Origin: Orbicella franksi
Taxonomy: Eukaryota
NCBI GenBank assembly: GCA_964199315.1
Contig: OZ116699.1
Span: 33,108,001-33,172,000, forward strand
DNA: 64,000 bases
Direction: 5' to 3'
Shown: piece by piece, positions 26,695 through 64,000 of the stretch
Layout: the number at the start of each line of letters is the position of its first letter
How positions within the stretch are numbered: the stretch's first letter is position 1
Program-made: the position numbers and the translations under genes
The notes under the pieces: generated by a model
What the model was told of the DNA's origin: nothing
Seen by the model: the letters and a program-made list of their open reading frames with translations, nothing else
The model's database searches: none

Positions 26695-26925
26695 GGGACC
26701 CGTTTCTCGAAGGCCCCGGAATCTTTTCGGGCCCGAAAAATCCATTTTTAGTTAATCGGTATTTAAAGACAGGGATATGTGTACGCCTGAAACTTCTTAT
26801 GTGAAGAGAACCTCTGTTCGTATTAAGAAGATGTGAATAAAACAGCTCTGTAGTCAAAAGGTTTGGGATTTTGCTACGGCTTTTCGGGTGCGGAAACTTT
26901 TCGGGACCCTCGAGAAACGGCCCTG
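26695..26925. mobile_element. MITE
   Basis: TIRs gggacccgtttctcgaaggccccggaatcttttcggg ... aaacttttcgggaccctcgagaaacggccctg. Confidence 0.65.
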
Positions 26926-28345
26926 AACATACACATAGCTGGGATTAAATGAAGTTTCCAATTTATCAAAAAGAAAAATAAATTATGATGATTGCTTGTA
27001 GAGTCTGTCCATAGACGTTTTTTTTTTTTTTTTTTTTTTTTTTTTTGTCATTTATTTTTCTTCTAGAGCGATAGCAAAGCGCGAGAGCGACCATGAAGGA
27101 GGCGAAAAAAGGTCTTTCCCTAGCCCCAACCCCCTTGCGTTTTGGCTCGTTCATATCCCCTGTGGTTAATATTTTGCTTGCGATCTCGACAAACTAAAGA
27201 CAAAAGAGGGTCTGTGGATAGATTATAAAGGAGAATAAACCTGGACTTCTGGGTCGATTTTCGTACCAGACTTTCATCAGAATATCTAAAGATAGAATGG
27301 TATCTTAATTGACCTATTTTCTCTAAAGTTAGCTAAAGTCCTATCAAGTCAGCGAGAGTTGAATAAAAACCGCGCGGCAGACCAGGGAGGAAGGGCCAAG
27401 GCCAGATTACCAGCCGCTGTACGGGAAAGGAGCCCGCGCTCCTCCCCCGAAATCGCCAGAAAGCGGCGGAAATCGAGCTTAGGAAGGACTAAACTAAGAA
27501 AAGTAGAGTTTAGAAAGGGGAGCAGAAGTGAGTAAGCAGTTTAATGTACTTTAAGTTCGATTACTGTACGAAAGAGTACAAAAATTTGCGGAAACGTGTG
27601 AGCGTTCATTGACACGGATACAGTCCAAACAAATTCGAAAGAGGATAGGTAGGGAGTCCTTTATTTCTTTCTCTCTATATCATTATTTTTATTATTCTCT
27701 TTATTTATTTTATTTTTTATGGGGTGTGTAATGAAATAATGGAATACAAACAATATAACTTCAAGTTACGAATAAATTATATTTTTTGTTCTGATTTCTA
27801 TGTAGTGTTATTTCAACAGTGGGAGATTATGGCGTACTGTGGTGGGATGGGAGAGTGTGGTCGTCTAAAGCTAGAAAACTCAAGAACACCGCATAGTTAT
27901 TGAGCGTTTAAACACTTAGAAGCTGTTTTAAAATCATTCAGACTATTTAACGGACTCTGATTGGTCGACTATCTGTTTTGCATGAACTGGCTCGATCTAA
28001 AAATGATGACGTCAGGCGTATATAAAAGAAATTGCAGGTAAAATTAAAAATTGACTGCTGTGTGAGAATTGGAGAGAGTATGATTCAGTGTTATCGGTTT
28101 AATCCTTTTTAAAGATCACTTTATTGCGCGAGGCTTACAAGTAGCTGCTATCTGGATTCCAAAGGCAAGCAAGGCTTCCGCCGTCACGCTATTCAGCGCT
28201 ATAAAACCGTTTGTGACTAAAGTAGTCTTGCGTGATATGATGTAAAATGTCACAAGGCCATCATCAGACAGTCGAATCATTCTACGGTATCTGCATTTGA
28301 CATCTCATTGATAGCTTTATTGCAGCTTGGCTTCAGTTAAATGTT

Positions 28346-40931
<12,586 letters not shown>

Positions 40932-40964
40932 ACTTTCAAGTTGCTTTACGTACGTCTCACTGTG

Positions 40965-41012
40965 TTTTTGTTTGTTTGTTTGTTTGTTTGTTTGTTTTGT
41001 TTGTTTTGTTTT
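40965..41012. repeat. (GTTT)n/(GTTTT)n microsatellite just 3' of the GH31 copy 1 stop
   Basis: Directly visible simple repeat. Confidence 0.8.
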
Positions 41013-42011
41013 ATTTTACTGGAGAAGTAGATTTTATGAATCTCTGATCACGACGGTACACGCCTAATTAGTTTAATACCGAAACTCTCCGGGGATATCG
41101 TAGAAATCAATTTATCCGTGAAGTGAAACGGACTCATCCAAAGCATATCTGCAATTAGCATGATTGTCGCCTATACTTTTGATTGACAGCAGATTAAACC
41201 TTTTAAGAGTCTTTCAAGTAAGAGCTTATATAGAGCAATACTTTCATACGTTGCTTTTTATTATACTGTTCATTATACTTCTGACGTCTCTGGCTGATCT
41301 GTTGAGGTACTATGAAGTAATTCTGCTTTTTTATGTTTTACAAAGTGAGCTCCCACTGGAAGCCTTAGTCCGTGATTATTCAAATAAAGGTTACAGAGCA
41401 GCAATATTAATCTGTGCCATCCTGAATAATAAAGTGAGAATACACTACTTACAACGGCATCTCCCATATTTCTCCTAAACTGATCTACATGCAACCACAA
41501 ACGTCTGTCAAGACTCGTCTGTCTCTTCTTTCCTCTATCTTAAAGTGCCACTAACCCCCCCCCCCCCCAATTTCTTTTTCCTTTAATAAAATCTACTAGT
41601 TTCCCTGATTACTTCAGCGAAAAAATTATCTCGATTGATAAAATCCCTGCTTTTCTACAGGCGTTTAAACATGTAATTTCTATGTTCACGACGGCGCAAA
41701 GTGGGATCTGGGTCGGGCTACTAGTCACGTCACTTCGGAAACCGGGCTAAAACACTCAAGAGACTTGTCCGAGCTTCGAAGGCAGTCAAAACATTTTTGG
41801 GTTATTGTGATTCATATTTTTTCAAAACTGGACAAGATTTTTAGTGAATGGACGGCTGCGATGTATATATATATTTTTTCCATTTCGAAGTGCGGGTCGC
41901 CAGTGGCACTCTATTAGTAGCTCCACAAGAATAAGTACCGTTTTGAAATATCCGCCATAAATGCGTTGAAACAAACAAGGTATGTGCAATTTCATTTTAT
42001 AGGAACGTTGT

Positions 42012-42308
42012 AATATATCAAACACGAGAGACAATGTTTCATCATCATATCCAAACACCGAGAAGGGAGTCGGAAATACGACGCGCAGCGGAGTATTTTT
42101 GACGAAATTCGAGGTGTTTGGATGGCCGATAAAACACTGTCTCGAGTGTTCGATATATCTTCTCAATCGAAACAAAAACTAAGGAGTAAATGGAGAAGTA
42201 AAATCATCAGCCTGAGAATCTGTGCTAATTAATACCGGGTATCCAAACCTCCTTCACGGTTGTCATTTTCTTTGTTCTAACTTGATGAATTATTAATAAG
42301 TTTGAGAA
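42012..42308. repeat. ~300-bp interspersed hairpin repeat, copy B, between the convergent GH31 genes
   Basis: Same family and orientation as 6294-6591. Confidence 0.8.
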
Positions 42309-42929
42309 GTTAAGTTCTTGCACTATGAGGATGACGAAGTTGAATGGCAGCGGACACTTCGCAAAGCAATTTCTGAACCGAGTCGAACGCTGGGACGTCG
42401 TGCCTTAGCCTACCGCGCTCCTATAGTACATGAAAGAATATATATTGACCAAAAATTGCTCAAATTACTTGGAAAAACAACGTAACAATGGAAATAAACA
42501 GCAGATTTAGTTTCGTGGACTTTATTTTTATACAGACTTTAACATTTTCAACATGTCATAAATATACAAATACTATGCTTGGGTAACCTTGCTATGCTGC
42601 AGTAAAAGGAAGCCGTTACAAACGAACCACTTGGTTCCCAGTTCCCTTTGGGTAAAACCACGAGCCAGATATTTTTTAATGACTTCAAACTTACGTGCGC
42701 TACTTATAAATTGAATACGCACAATACACATACTGAAAAAAGTAACCGATGCACATGTACAAGCTTAATTAAGTGATTTCATTACCCTGAAAATATCTAA
42801 AAAATACATTACACTATTTATCATTTATGTAGTAAGCTTTAATTCAATGTAAATTTTAATTTTATATATATTGATTTCAATTTCAATTTCAGTCCAACTT
42901 TACATACAAAACACTAGACCTAATCGGGG

Positions 42930-55001
<12,072 letters not shown>

Positions 55002-55943
55002 TTCTTGTGAAAAGACGCCATTACCGGACGGTTGCAATGCAGGGGCGTTTTAAGCGAGTGGGCGCCATCGTTTTGGGGTTTTACGCCATGCAAGAGAGAA
55101 GTTAGAATGCCTGAGTCATCATTATGTGGTTGGGCAGCGGTATACCCCTACTTCAATCATCCCGAATCATCCCGGGGGATTTGGTCCCGAAGGCGATTAG
55201 TCTGCAGTCGGTTCAGTATTCACCACGACTTCGGTGCCCAGACCTCACTTGAGCCCGCTGAGTAGTTTCAAAATAACCCAGCAGGTCGATATGTATCTTC
55301 GTTTCCTGCATACAACCCAGAACTCTCCTTCGAACTCGCCTACAAAAGGCAGGGAAAGGGAGAGTTCAGGAATTGGGCGAGGGAGTAATTATAGAACGCA
55401 ACATAGTCTAGAGCTAGAGGGCTCGTGTACGATTCTTTTTTAATTTACGGATGTGTTCTATTTACGAAACCATTAAACTAAACACAGCGTTTGGCTTTCC
55501 GTTACCTTTCTCAAAAAATATTGTAGAATTATTGGCTCATTGAATCGTGAATTCATCGAGTATTTTCGAACTCACCTTGACCTAAAAATATTAACCCCGC
55601 TCTGAATTATAACCAGTGATATGTAGGTTTGGCTTGCGAAGCAAGAACTCTGAAGACTTTCCCTTATAGCCGGATAAGATGAGTCCATAGTTGTAGCCTG
55701 TGTCCAGGTGTATTCAATCGATGCCCGCAATCAACTTGTCAGACAATAATATAATAATCAATTATAATATGTAATTCATCGATCAAAGTAAGAAACAAAA
55801 GAAAATGACTGTTAGACTGATAACCAGTGTCGTCCCCATAGGCCACTACCAGTTTGGTTAGCAGTAGGAATCGAGAACTCTGGGGCGAAATCAGAAAACG
55901 AGCCAGCATTAATCACAGTGGTTACCGTCTCTCTCTCTCCGAG

Positions 55944-56266
55944 GGGGGTGGGGGGGGGAGGGGAGAATTTCCATACGAAAAGGTCCGGGACGCTCGTCGG
56001 AAATATTGAAAAGAACCCCCTAAGAGGTACCAAGATCCCTTTTCGTGGGCGTGGCTTCAAATTTTTTTCACCCCTAAGAGGTACTAATTCTAAAAAACAC
56101 ATTATCTCCTGTCATATTTTTTCGGTAAAAAGGCACCGAGAAAGTTCCTGCTGTGGCTTTTTTCAGGCTGAACACCAGAAGAGGTACCAGACCGCTTTTT
56201 TAAACCCCTACGCACGATGAGCATCCCTATTTTTTTTACACATGGAAGTCTCCCTACCTCCCCCCG
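55944..56266. mobile_element. MITE-like repeat with G-run/C-run termini
   Basis: The left end gggggggagggagaatttccat and right end atggaagtctccctacctccccc are imperfect inverted repeats. There is an internal duplicated cccctaagaggtac. Confidence 0.5.
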
Positions 56267-59200
56267 CTCCGGTTCTCTAGGCACGTTCACAAACCGTCAT
56301 TGAACTTGACCACATGTGCACATTTCAACCAATCAGAAGTCTCTGGTTTTGTCCAGACCGACAGGCATTTGTTCAGTGGGGCTGACCGAAAACACGCGGG
56401 CTTGACTGAATTTTCCCGCCCTTCTTTCTTTAGGGTCTTTCGAGTCAAGTACTTCTATTTTGTTACGGTGTTCCTTGTAAATTTATACGTGCCTTTTCGA
56501 TTCATTATTTTTTTTTTTTGGACCATTTCCAACACACTGTATCCTTTTCTCACGCTCCGTATTGAAAAATTCTCACGGCTTTCTGCACATGAAGCTCTGA
56601 TAGAACTTCATTAACAAACCTTTGGAGATTTCTCGGGACATGCGATATCCATTTGAAGCGTAAACCGTAAACAAATTATTCACTGACTTCAGTCACTGCA
56701 TTTGCATGAGACGTGGATTAATCTGCCCTCTTTGCTCTCGCGCTATAGTAACACAGTACTTTACGACATCGTTAATTACTGTCGTCAAGACCAGATCGGA
56801 TCTGAAAGTTCTTCTCTAGTCTGTGATCTGCTAGTCTTGGAATAATGACTATGAAATCTATATGCAGCGATTCGCAGTACAGAGAGATACTCGAAACACC
56901 TCTCTTGACCCAAGTCGATACTGACGGTCTGGCAATTCACTGATCTGATGATTATCACAAGTGGTCCGGCGACGCATTAGTGACGGTGACAGCTTCAATA
57001 CAGCATATTTCATTACTTTGGATAAATGCCCAGGTCAAAAGACAGAGTGCAAGACGAGGCGTGTCAGACGAAACTTTGGCCATAGTCACAACAAAAGATC
57101 GATCCTGTCCTGATCATTTTACGAAGCAGCAAACAATAACTGAAAGAATCGCGACAAACCTCCGAGAAGGACTGTGTCTTGTGTCTGTAGCTGGCAATAG
57201 CCGAGTATTGAAGCGCTATACCGAAGGTAAGTCAATATACTCGCCTCGACTGTCTTAATCCAGGCAAAAGCATGCATGAAGTCGTGTTACTTGAACATCG
57301 ATACATTGCAGGTGACTCAAGTGTCCTCAAGTTCTCGTGCAATGTTTTACTGGACAAAACATCACGGAGAACACAACAGGGTGCCTTAGACTTATCAAGC
57401 CTTGAAGGACGATTCCCGAAATCTGAGGTCCGTCGTAGAGCAACGCTGAAGTCTTACAAGCTACATGTAAGCGGTGCGTCTAATCCTCCGCAGATATGCT
57501 TAATTGTAAACAACTCCTGACATAACTGAAAAGACCTAAAAAGTGCTGGTTCCAGAAATCAATCGCGCTCTATAATCCTCAAATACTTGCAGCTGTTTAC
57601 AACGCAGCAAAGGACGATTTTCAGGTCACGAAATCCCTCAATTTACGATACTGGTCTGGGCTCTCGAGAGTAGATCAAATGTGTTTACCTCAGACCGTGA
57701 TCGGATGAGGCAGGCAGGTCACGGCATTTGTTGTGGCTGGTTTTTATTTTTCGTTGTTTTGTTTTGTTTTTTTTGGCAATGTTCAATCATTACGTACCAC
57801 AGTTATGATTATCAGATTTTATATAATAATCAAATGAATGCTCGCGCTCTGATTGGTCAATCAGCTATGGTTTATTGTGCCAGTAAACTCATGGGAATTT
57901 CGCGTGTCTTCTGAATTATTGGGTGCTTACCATTTGTCAGATTAAACCGGTTAGGATGACCGTTGTATAATGGTAAGGGTTTTTCCAAAATCGGCAAACC
58001 AATGCAACCAAACGAGATGGCGCAGGAGTGCTCAACGGGAAAAATTTTAAAATTGACTTGTTGTTGCTCGAAAGTATTAACTGACATCCAATAAGAGATA
58101 AATAGTTAATAATTAACAACCGTGGGAAAATAATATCCGCTCCGCACTGCCAGCTAGTAGAAGATAGCTAAATGAAGTTGCCAGCCAGGAACCGTTTGGG
58201 GGATGCTTTTTCCCAGCCAGCACAACTTAAGAAACGCTGGTTTTCCCAGCAATTTTTACATTACTTTTTGCGCCAGCCAGGAAGAGTATAAATAACTTTT
58301 TAAATTCAATTTTAATTTAATTAATTGAGTTAATTAAATTAAAATTCCGTTGAATCTAATTAATTAATCAATTAGTTAATTTGACTCAGTTATAATTAAT
58401 CAATTAATTAATTATAATTAATTAATTAATCAATTATGACTAAATTAACTAGTGAACATGAAAAAACAAAAATTTTACTTACCTCAAAAAGGAAACACTA
58501 CAATTATCAGTGAATGGCAGTAAGATTAGGACAGTTCTCCATCCATGCAATAATTCATCTAGCGGTAATTTATAGCCCTCCGCAAAACAATTGTCGCTGA
58601 ATGTATCATAATTGAACTGTGTCCAAGGTCACAAAGACTACAAGAACTCATTGCTCCATTCAGCTGTTAATGAAAAATGCAAAGTAGATTGCATTTTTTC
58701 TTCCAAATGTATACAGGCTTCAATGGAGATGTAGCATGCATAAAAAAAAGTAAAATCCAATAGAATTAGATGTTTGTTGTAAAAAAATCTATAGAAACCA
58801 TTTATTTTGCCATAAAATGAGCAATACCTAGAAAATGAAAACTTACGATAAATTAATTGCTTAATTGCCACTGCTGTTTAGGGTTGTCAGCGTTTTTAGG
58901 AAACCAATACCGCAACGGACCCAGGTTCAGACTGCCTTAGTTACCTTTTGAAACTGGTAGATAATTTCAAATGTACTATAGTGGATTTTATGCTCGGATC
59001 TGTTCCATACTTAGAGTTAGCTCTGCTAATTTACAAATTGTAAGTGAATTTTTCCTCTCAGTCCATAATGGGAGGAACAAGGGCTGGAAATGAACCTCGA
59101 GCTCACACATTCCAGTTTTTAAACTGCTCTGGTGTACCTGCCCCCTTCAAACTTAACGACATAACTTTTTGACAGCCCCGAGTATATCTTTAAGTATTGG

Positions 59201-61107
59201 TGGCACTTATGAGAAATCGTACCTGTTCCTCAGAATCTATAATCCAGACTGTATTAATAACCCCATTGCTAGCTACAAATAGAAAAACTCAACATTGAGA
59301 AAAACCAACAGACATTTTGAACTAGTTTTCATTCTCGGGCCAGAGCAATATTAATAGTTTATTCGTTTGCAAATTTTGAAAGAATTGTGAGAAAACAAAA
59401 CTGCTCTGGTGCACCTGCCCCTTCAACCATAGTCCCAACTACAAGTGACTATATGAAAGACCATATATCTTCTTAAAATCCCAACTGCAGCTCCGAGTCA
59501 AGTGTTGGCGGCACTTGTGAGAAATCGTACCCAGAATCTATAATCCAAAACATCCTAATCCTCGTTAGCAGATGCACTAAAGAAAGTGCATTCTTGCCCA
59601 AACAGCGTCCCTCTAGGAAGCTACAACATCATCTAACGATCTATTTTTCTAACTGACCATATGCAAAAATGGCTACCATTGCCTTCTGTTGTCTGGTCAC
59701 GTTTCTTATAACGTGATCACACTAAAAAAGCAAATGGAACAAAATACTAAAAACGCTTTGGCGTTTTTTGGTTTAAAGGTTACAAAGTAGAGACTTATTT
59801 AACGGATTATAAGGGAATAAAACGACTCTAGCCTACATAGCCTCGTTTTCACTTTTTTGATAACGTATATGTAATTGTGATCTCCAATTAGAGAAGAAGA
59901 TAGCCTTAAAACTCGACACAGTGATTTATTTTGTCCTAATCTTCAAGGTAAATAGTTTTAATTCCTTTAGGGAAGTGTTTCTTCTGGGCGACATACATTT
60001 AGGCTGCTATTTTTGCATTGGATCTTTTCTACTGGAGGCTTTCGAGTTTCTGACAGAAAACTGAATCTTGCTACTGATTAATTAAATCTGATTTAAACGC
60101 TACTAATTATTTAATATGCTTTACTAAACAAAACGTTTGCCAGGAAGGCACTATCTTGACCTCGAAGCCTGTAAACTGCATAATTCTAGTTTTCATTTGC
60201 ATAACACTTCTTCTAACTGCTTATATCAGATGCTCAACGACCATCACCACGTCCGACGCTAGCATTTCTACCAGAAATTAGTAATATGCAGCTGACCATA
60301 TGTCTACTTATTTTCGTGAAACTGAGCTGTTAAAAAGAGCTTTCCTTAGAATCTTTTTACAGTCCTTAACGTTATTATATGAGGTGAATTACCTACCTGA
60401 ATTACAGTGTTGACGCAAAATGGTCTCACAGTCAACTCTCTCTTTCAACCTGTGTAAAAAGGAAAGGAACAACATTTAGCATGCGCGCGTTGATCTTTAT
60501 CTTGAAAAATGGTATTGACTTTTTTGACCTTCAAAAGGAAAAATTGACAGTTTTGTACCTTTATCTTTGAAATTGCCTAATAAAACTAAAAAAAACACTC
60601 TTTCCTTCATAAAAAAACTCGTGTCTAACTGTTAAAAAAACACCTCTATATGGACGCGAGTCCCTTTTTTTCCCTTTTCAAATTGCAGGAAAGCCTATAT
60701 CATACCTGAAATGCAATTTGTTCAGCAAAACACCAACGAAGTACTCCACGTTCCACTCTAGAACCTGCGGAGAAACTTACATCATGTGAACACAATAAAA
60801 TACAATCGCGAAGAACAGTCGTAAATAATAACACTTCACGTAAATGGGTATAATTGTTTAAAATAACCTTTGTGTAACTGCACTTCTTCTAAGTAAAATC
60901 TTTGTAAACCCTTCAATGATTAGGAAACTGTCATAAATTAAAAAACACTCATACGGTTGAATAACAAACTACGATGTTCAAGGAACCTTCAGGAGAACCA
61001 AAGAGAGTTTTGAAGTATTTCTCTTAGTATAGGTAGTGAATTTCTTTTTTTTTTCTGCAGTTTTCGAAAACCTTGTTACAGCATTCATCTAGTTAAATAA
61101 ACTGTAG

Positions 61108-64000
61108 GAGTTTTGGAATCCCTTGCGAGATCACAAACACTTCTCTAATATAAGTTAAGATGTTTAGAAGAAGTTTCGGAATCCCTTGCGAGATCACAAA
61201 CACTTTTCTAAAGTACGTTAAGATGTTACGAAGTTTCCGAATCCCTTGCGAGATCACAAACACTTCTCTAAAATAAGTTAAGATGTTTAGAAGAAGATTA
61301 GGAATCCCTTACGAGATAACAAACACTTTTCTAAAGTAAGTTAAGATGTTACGAAGTTTTGGAATCCCTTGCGAGATCACAAACACTTCTCTAAAATAAG
61401 TTAAGATGTTTAGAAGAAGTTTTGGAATCCCTTGCGAGATCACAAACACTTTTCTAAAGTAAGTAAAGATGTTACGAAGTTTTGGAATCCCTTGCGAGAT
61501 CACAAACACTTCTCTAAAGTAAGTTAAGATGTTTAGAAGAAGTTTTGGAATCCCTTGCGAGATCACAAACACTTTTCTAAAGTAAGTTAAGATGTTACGA
61601 AGTTTTGGAATCTCTTGCGAGATCACAAACACTTCTCTAAAATAAGTTAAGATGTTTAGAAGAAGTTTTGGAATCCCTTGCGAGATCACAAACACTTCTC
61701 TAAAATAAGTTAAGATGTTTAGAAGAAGATTAGGAATCCCTTGCGAGATCACAAACACTTTTCTAAAGTAACTTAAGATGTTACGAAGTTTTGGAATCTC
61801 TTGCGACATAACAAAAACACTTCTCTAAAATAAGTTAAGATGTTTAGAAGAAGTTTTGGAATCCCTTCCGAGATCACAAACACTTTTCTAAAGTAAGTTA
61901 AGATGTTTAGAAGAAGTTTTGGAATCCCTTGCGAGATCACAAACACTTTTCTAAAGTAAGTAAAGAAGTTACGAAGTTTTGGAATCCCTTGCGAGATCAC
62001 AAACACTTCTCTAAAATAAGTTAAGATGCTTAGAAGAAGTTTTGGAATCCCTTGCGAGATCACAAACACTTTTCTAAAGTAAGTTAAGAGGTTACGAAGT
62101 TTCCGAATCCCTTGCGAGATCACAAACACTTCTCTAAAATAAGTTAAGATGTTTAGAAGAAGTTTTGGAATCCCTTGCGAGATCACAAACACTTTTCTAA
62201 AGTAAGTTAAGATGTTACGAAGTTTTGGAATCCCTTGCGAGATCACAAACACTTCTCTAAAATAAGTTAAGATGTTACGAAGTTTTGGAATCCCTTGCGA
62301 GATCACAAACACTTTTCTAAAGTAAGTTAGGATGTTTAGAAGAAGTTTTGGAATCCCTTGCGAGATCACAAACACTTTTCTAAAGTAAGTTAGGATGTTT
62401 AGAAGACGTTTTGGAATCCCTTGCGAGATCACAAACACTTTTCTAAAGTAAGTTAAGATGTTACGAAGTTTTGGAATCCCTTGCGAGATCACAAACACTT
62501 CTCTAAAATAAGTTAAGATGTTTAGAAGAAGTTTTGGAATCCCTTGCGAGATCACAAACACTTTTCTGAAGTAAGTTAAGAGGTTACGAAGTTTCCGAAT
62601 CCCTTGCGAGATCACAAACACTTCTCTAAAATAAGTTAAGATGTTTAGAAGAAGTTTTGGAATCCCTTGCGAGATCACAAACACTTCTCTAAAATAAGTT
62701 AAGATGTTTAGAAGAAGATTAGGAATCCCTTGCGAGATCACAAACACTTTTCTAAAGTAACTTAAGATGTTACGAAGTTTTGGAATCTCTTGCGACATAA
62801 CAAAAACACTTCTCTAAAATAAGTTAAGATGTTTAGAAGAAGTTTTGGAATCCCTTCCGAGATCACAAACACTTTTCTAAAGTAAGTTAAGATGTTTAGA
62901 AGAAGTTTTGGAATCCCTTGCGAGATCACAAACACTTTTCTAAAGTAAGTAAAGAAGTTACGAAGTTTTGGAATCCCTTGCGAGATCACAAACACTTCTC
63001 TAAAATAAGTTAAGATGCTTAGAAGAAGTTTTGGAATCCCTTGCGAGATCACAAACACTTTTCTAAAGTAAGTTAAGAGGTTACGAAGTTTCCGAATCCC
63101 TTGCGAGATCACAAACACTTCTCTAAAATAAGTTAAGATGTTTAGAAGAAGTTTTGGAATCCCTTGCGAGATCACAAACACTTTTCTAAAGTAAGTTAAG
63201 ATGTTACGAAGTTTTGGAATCCCTTGCGAGATCACAAACACTTCTCTAAAATAAGTTAAGATGTTACGAAGTTTTGGAATCCCTTGCGAGATCACAAACA
63301 CTTTTCTAAAGTAAGTTAGGATGTTTAGAAGAAGTTTTGGAATCCCTTGCGAGATCACAAACACTTTTCTAAAGTAAGTTAGGATGTTTAGAAGACGTTT
63401 TGGAATCCCTTGCGAGATCACAAACACTTCTCTAAAGTAAGTTAAGATGTTTAGAAGAAGTTTTGGAATCCCTTGCGAGATCACAAACACTTTTCTGAAG
63501 TAAGTTAAGAGGTTACGAAGTTTCCGAATCCCTTGCGAGATCACAAACACTTCTCTAAAATAAGTTAAGATGTTTAGAAGAAGTTTTGGAATCCCTTGCG
63601 AGATCACAAACACTTCTCTAAAATAAGTTAAGATGTTTAGAAGAAGATTAGGAATCCCTTGCGAGATCACAAACACTTTTCTAAAGTAACTTAAGATGTT
63701 ACGAAGTTTTGGAATCTCTTGCGACATAACAAAAACACTTCTCTAAAATAAGTTAAGATGTTTAGAAGAAGTTTTGGAATCCCTTCCGAGATCACAAACA
63801 CTTTTCTAAAGTAAGTTAAGATGTTTAGAAGAAGTTTTGGAATCCCTTGCGAGATCACAAACACTTTTCTAAAGTAAGTAAAGAAGTTACGAAGTTTTGG
63901 AATCCCTTGCGAGATCACAAACACTTCTCTAAAATAAGTTAAGATGCTTAGAAGAAGTTTTGGAATCCCTTGCGAGATCACAAACACTTTTCTAAAGTAA
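61108..64000. repeat. Tandem satellite of 60- and 63-bp monomers with ~989/929-bp higher-order repeats; continues beyond the window
   Basis: Monomer A is ggaatcccttgcgagatcacaaacacttttctaaagtaagttaagatgttacgaagtttt (60 bp). Monomer B is ggaatcccttgcgagatcacaaacacttctctaaaataagttaagatgtttagaagaagtttt (63 bp). A diagnostic variant (gcgacataacaaaaacac) recurs at 61805, 62794 and 63723. Confidence 0.97.

Noticed and set aside
56980-57520. Two adjacent plus-strand ORFs (92 and 82 aa) in a slightly GC-richer block
   Set aside because: I could not recognise a motif in any of the frames I translated, and there is no consistent exon structure. It may be a decayed element and would need a tBLASTx or HMM search.
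61108-64000. CRISPR-like or protein-coding interpretation of the terminal array (ORFs of 166, 341, 321 and 98 aa)
   Set aside because: There are no unique spacers and no cas genes, and the context is eukaryotic. The ORFs are translations of the satellite, broken once per higher-order unit, with no splice or start context. It is kept only as a low-interest observation.

Overview
This is AT-rich, intron-rich animal genomic DNA. The repeat families resemble those of stony corals/cnidarians, which is my impression and not a database result. From 5' to 3' the window holds: (1) the 3' nine coding exons of a two-RRM RBPMS/couch-potato/MEC-8-family gene (+); (2) two tandem MFSD6-like transporter genes (+, two coding exons each, same intron position), separated by (3) a full-length but decayed 4.5-kb Ty3/Gypsy retrotransposon (-) with 132-bp LTRs, a CATAT target-site duplication, PBS and PPT; (4) a tail-to-tail inverted pair of 24-exon GH31 alpha-glucosidase genes (GAA/maltase-glucoamylase/sucrase-isomaltase type, with a trefoil domain); (5) a 5'-truncated RLE-type non-LTR fragment and a 136-N gap inside the second GH31 gene; (6) many MITEs and palindromic repeats; (7) a 60/63-bp satellite with higher-order repeats running off the 3' end. 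The GH31 pair is the most striking feature. Copy 1 has a canonical active site and a GPI-signal-like tail. Copy 2 stays in frame over all 24 exons and keeps both catalytic Asp residues. It has replaced four +1-subsite residues (D>R, W>S, M>K, F>I) and ends in HQEL, an ER-retrieval-type motif. All exon boundaries and translations were read by hand and need RNA-seq confirmation.
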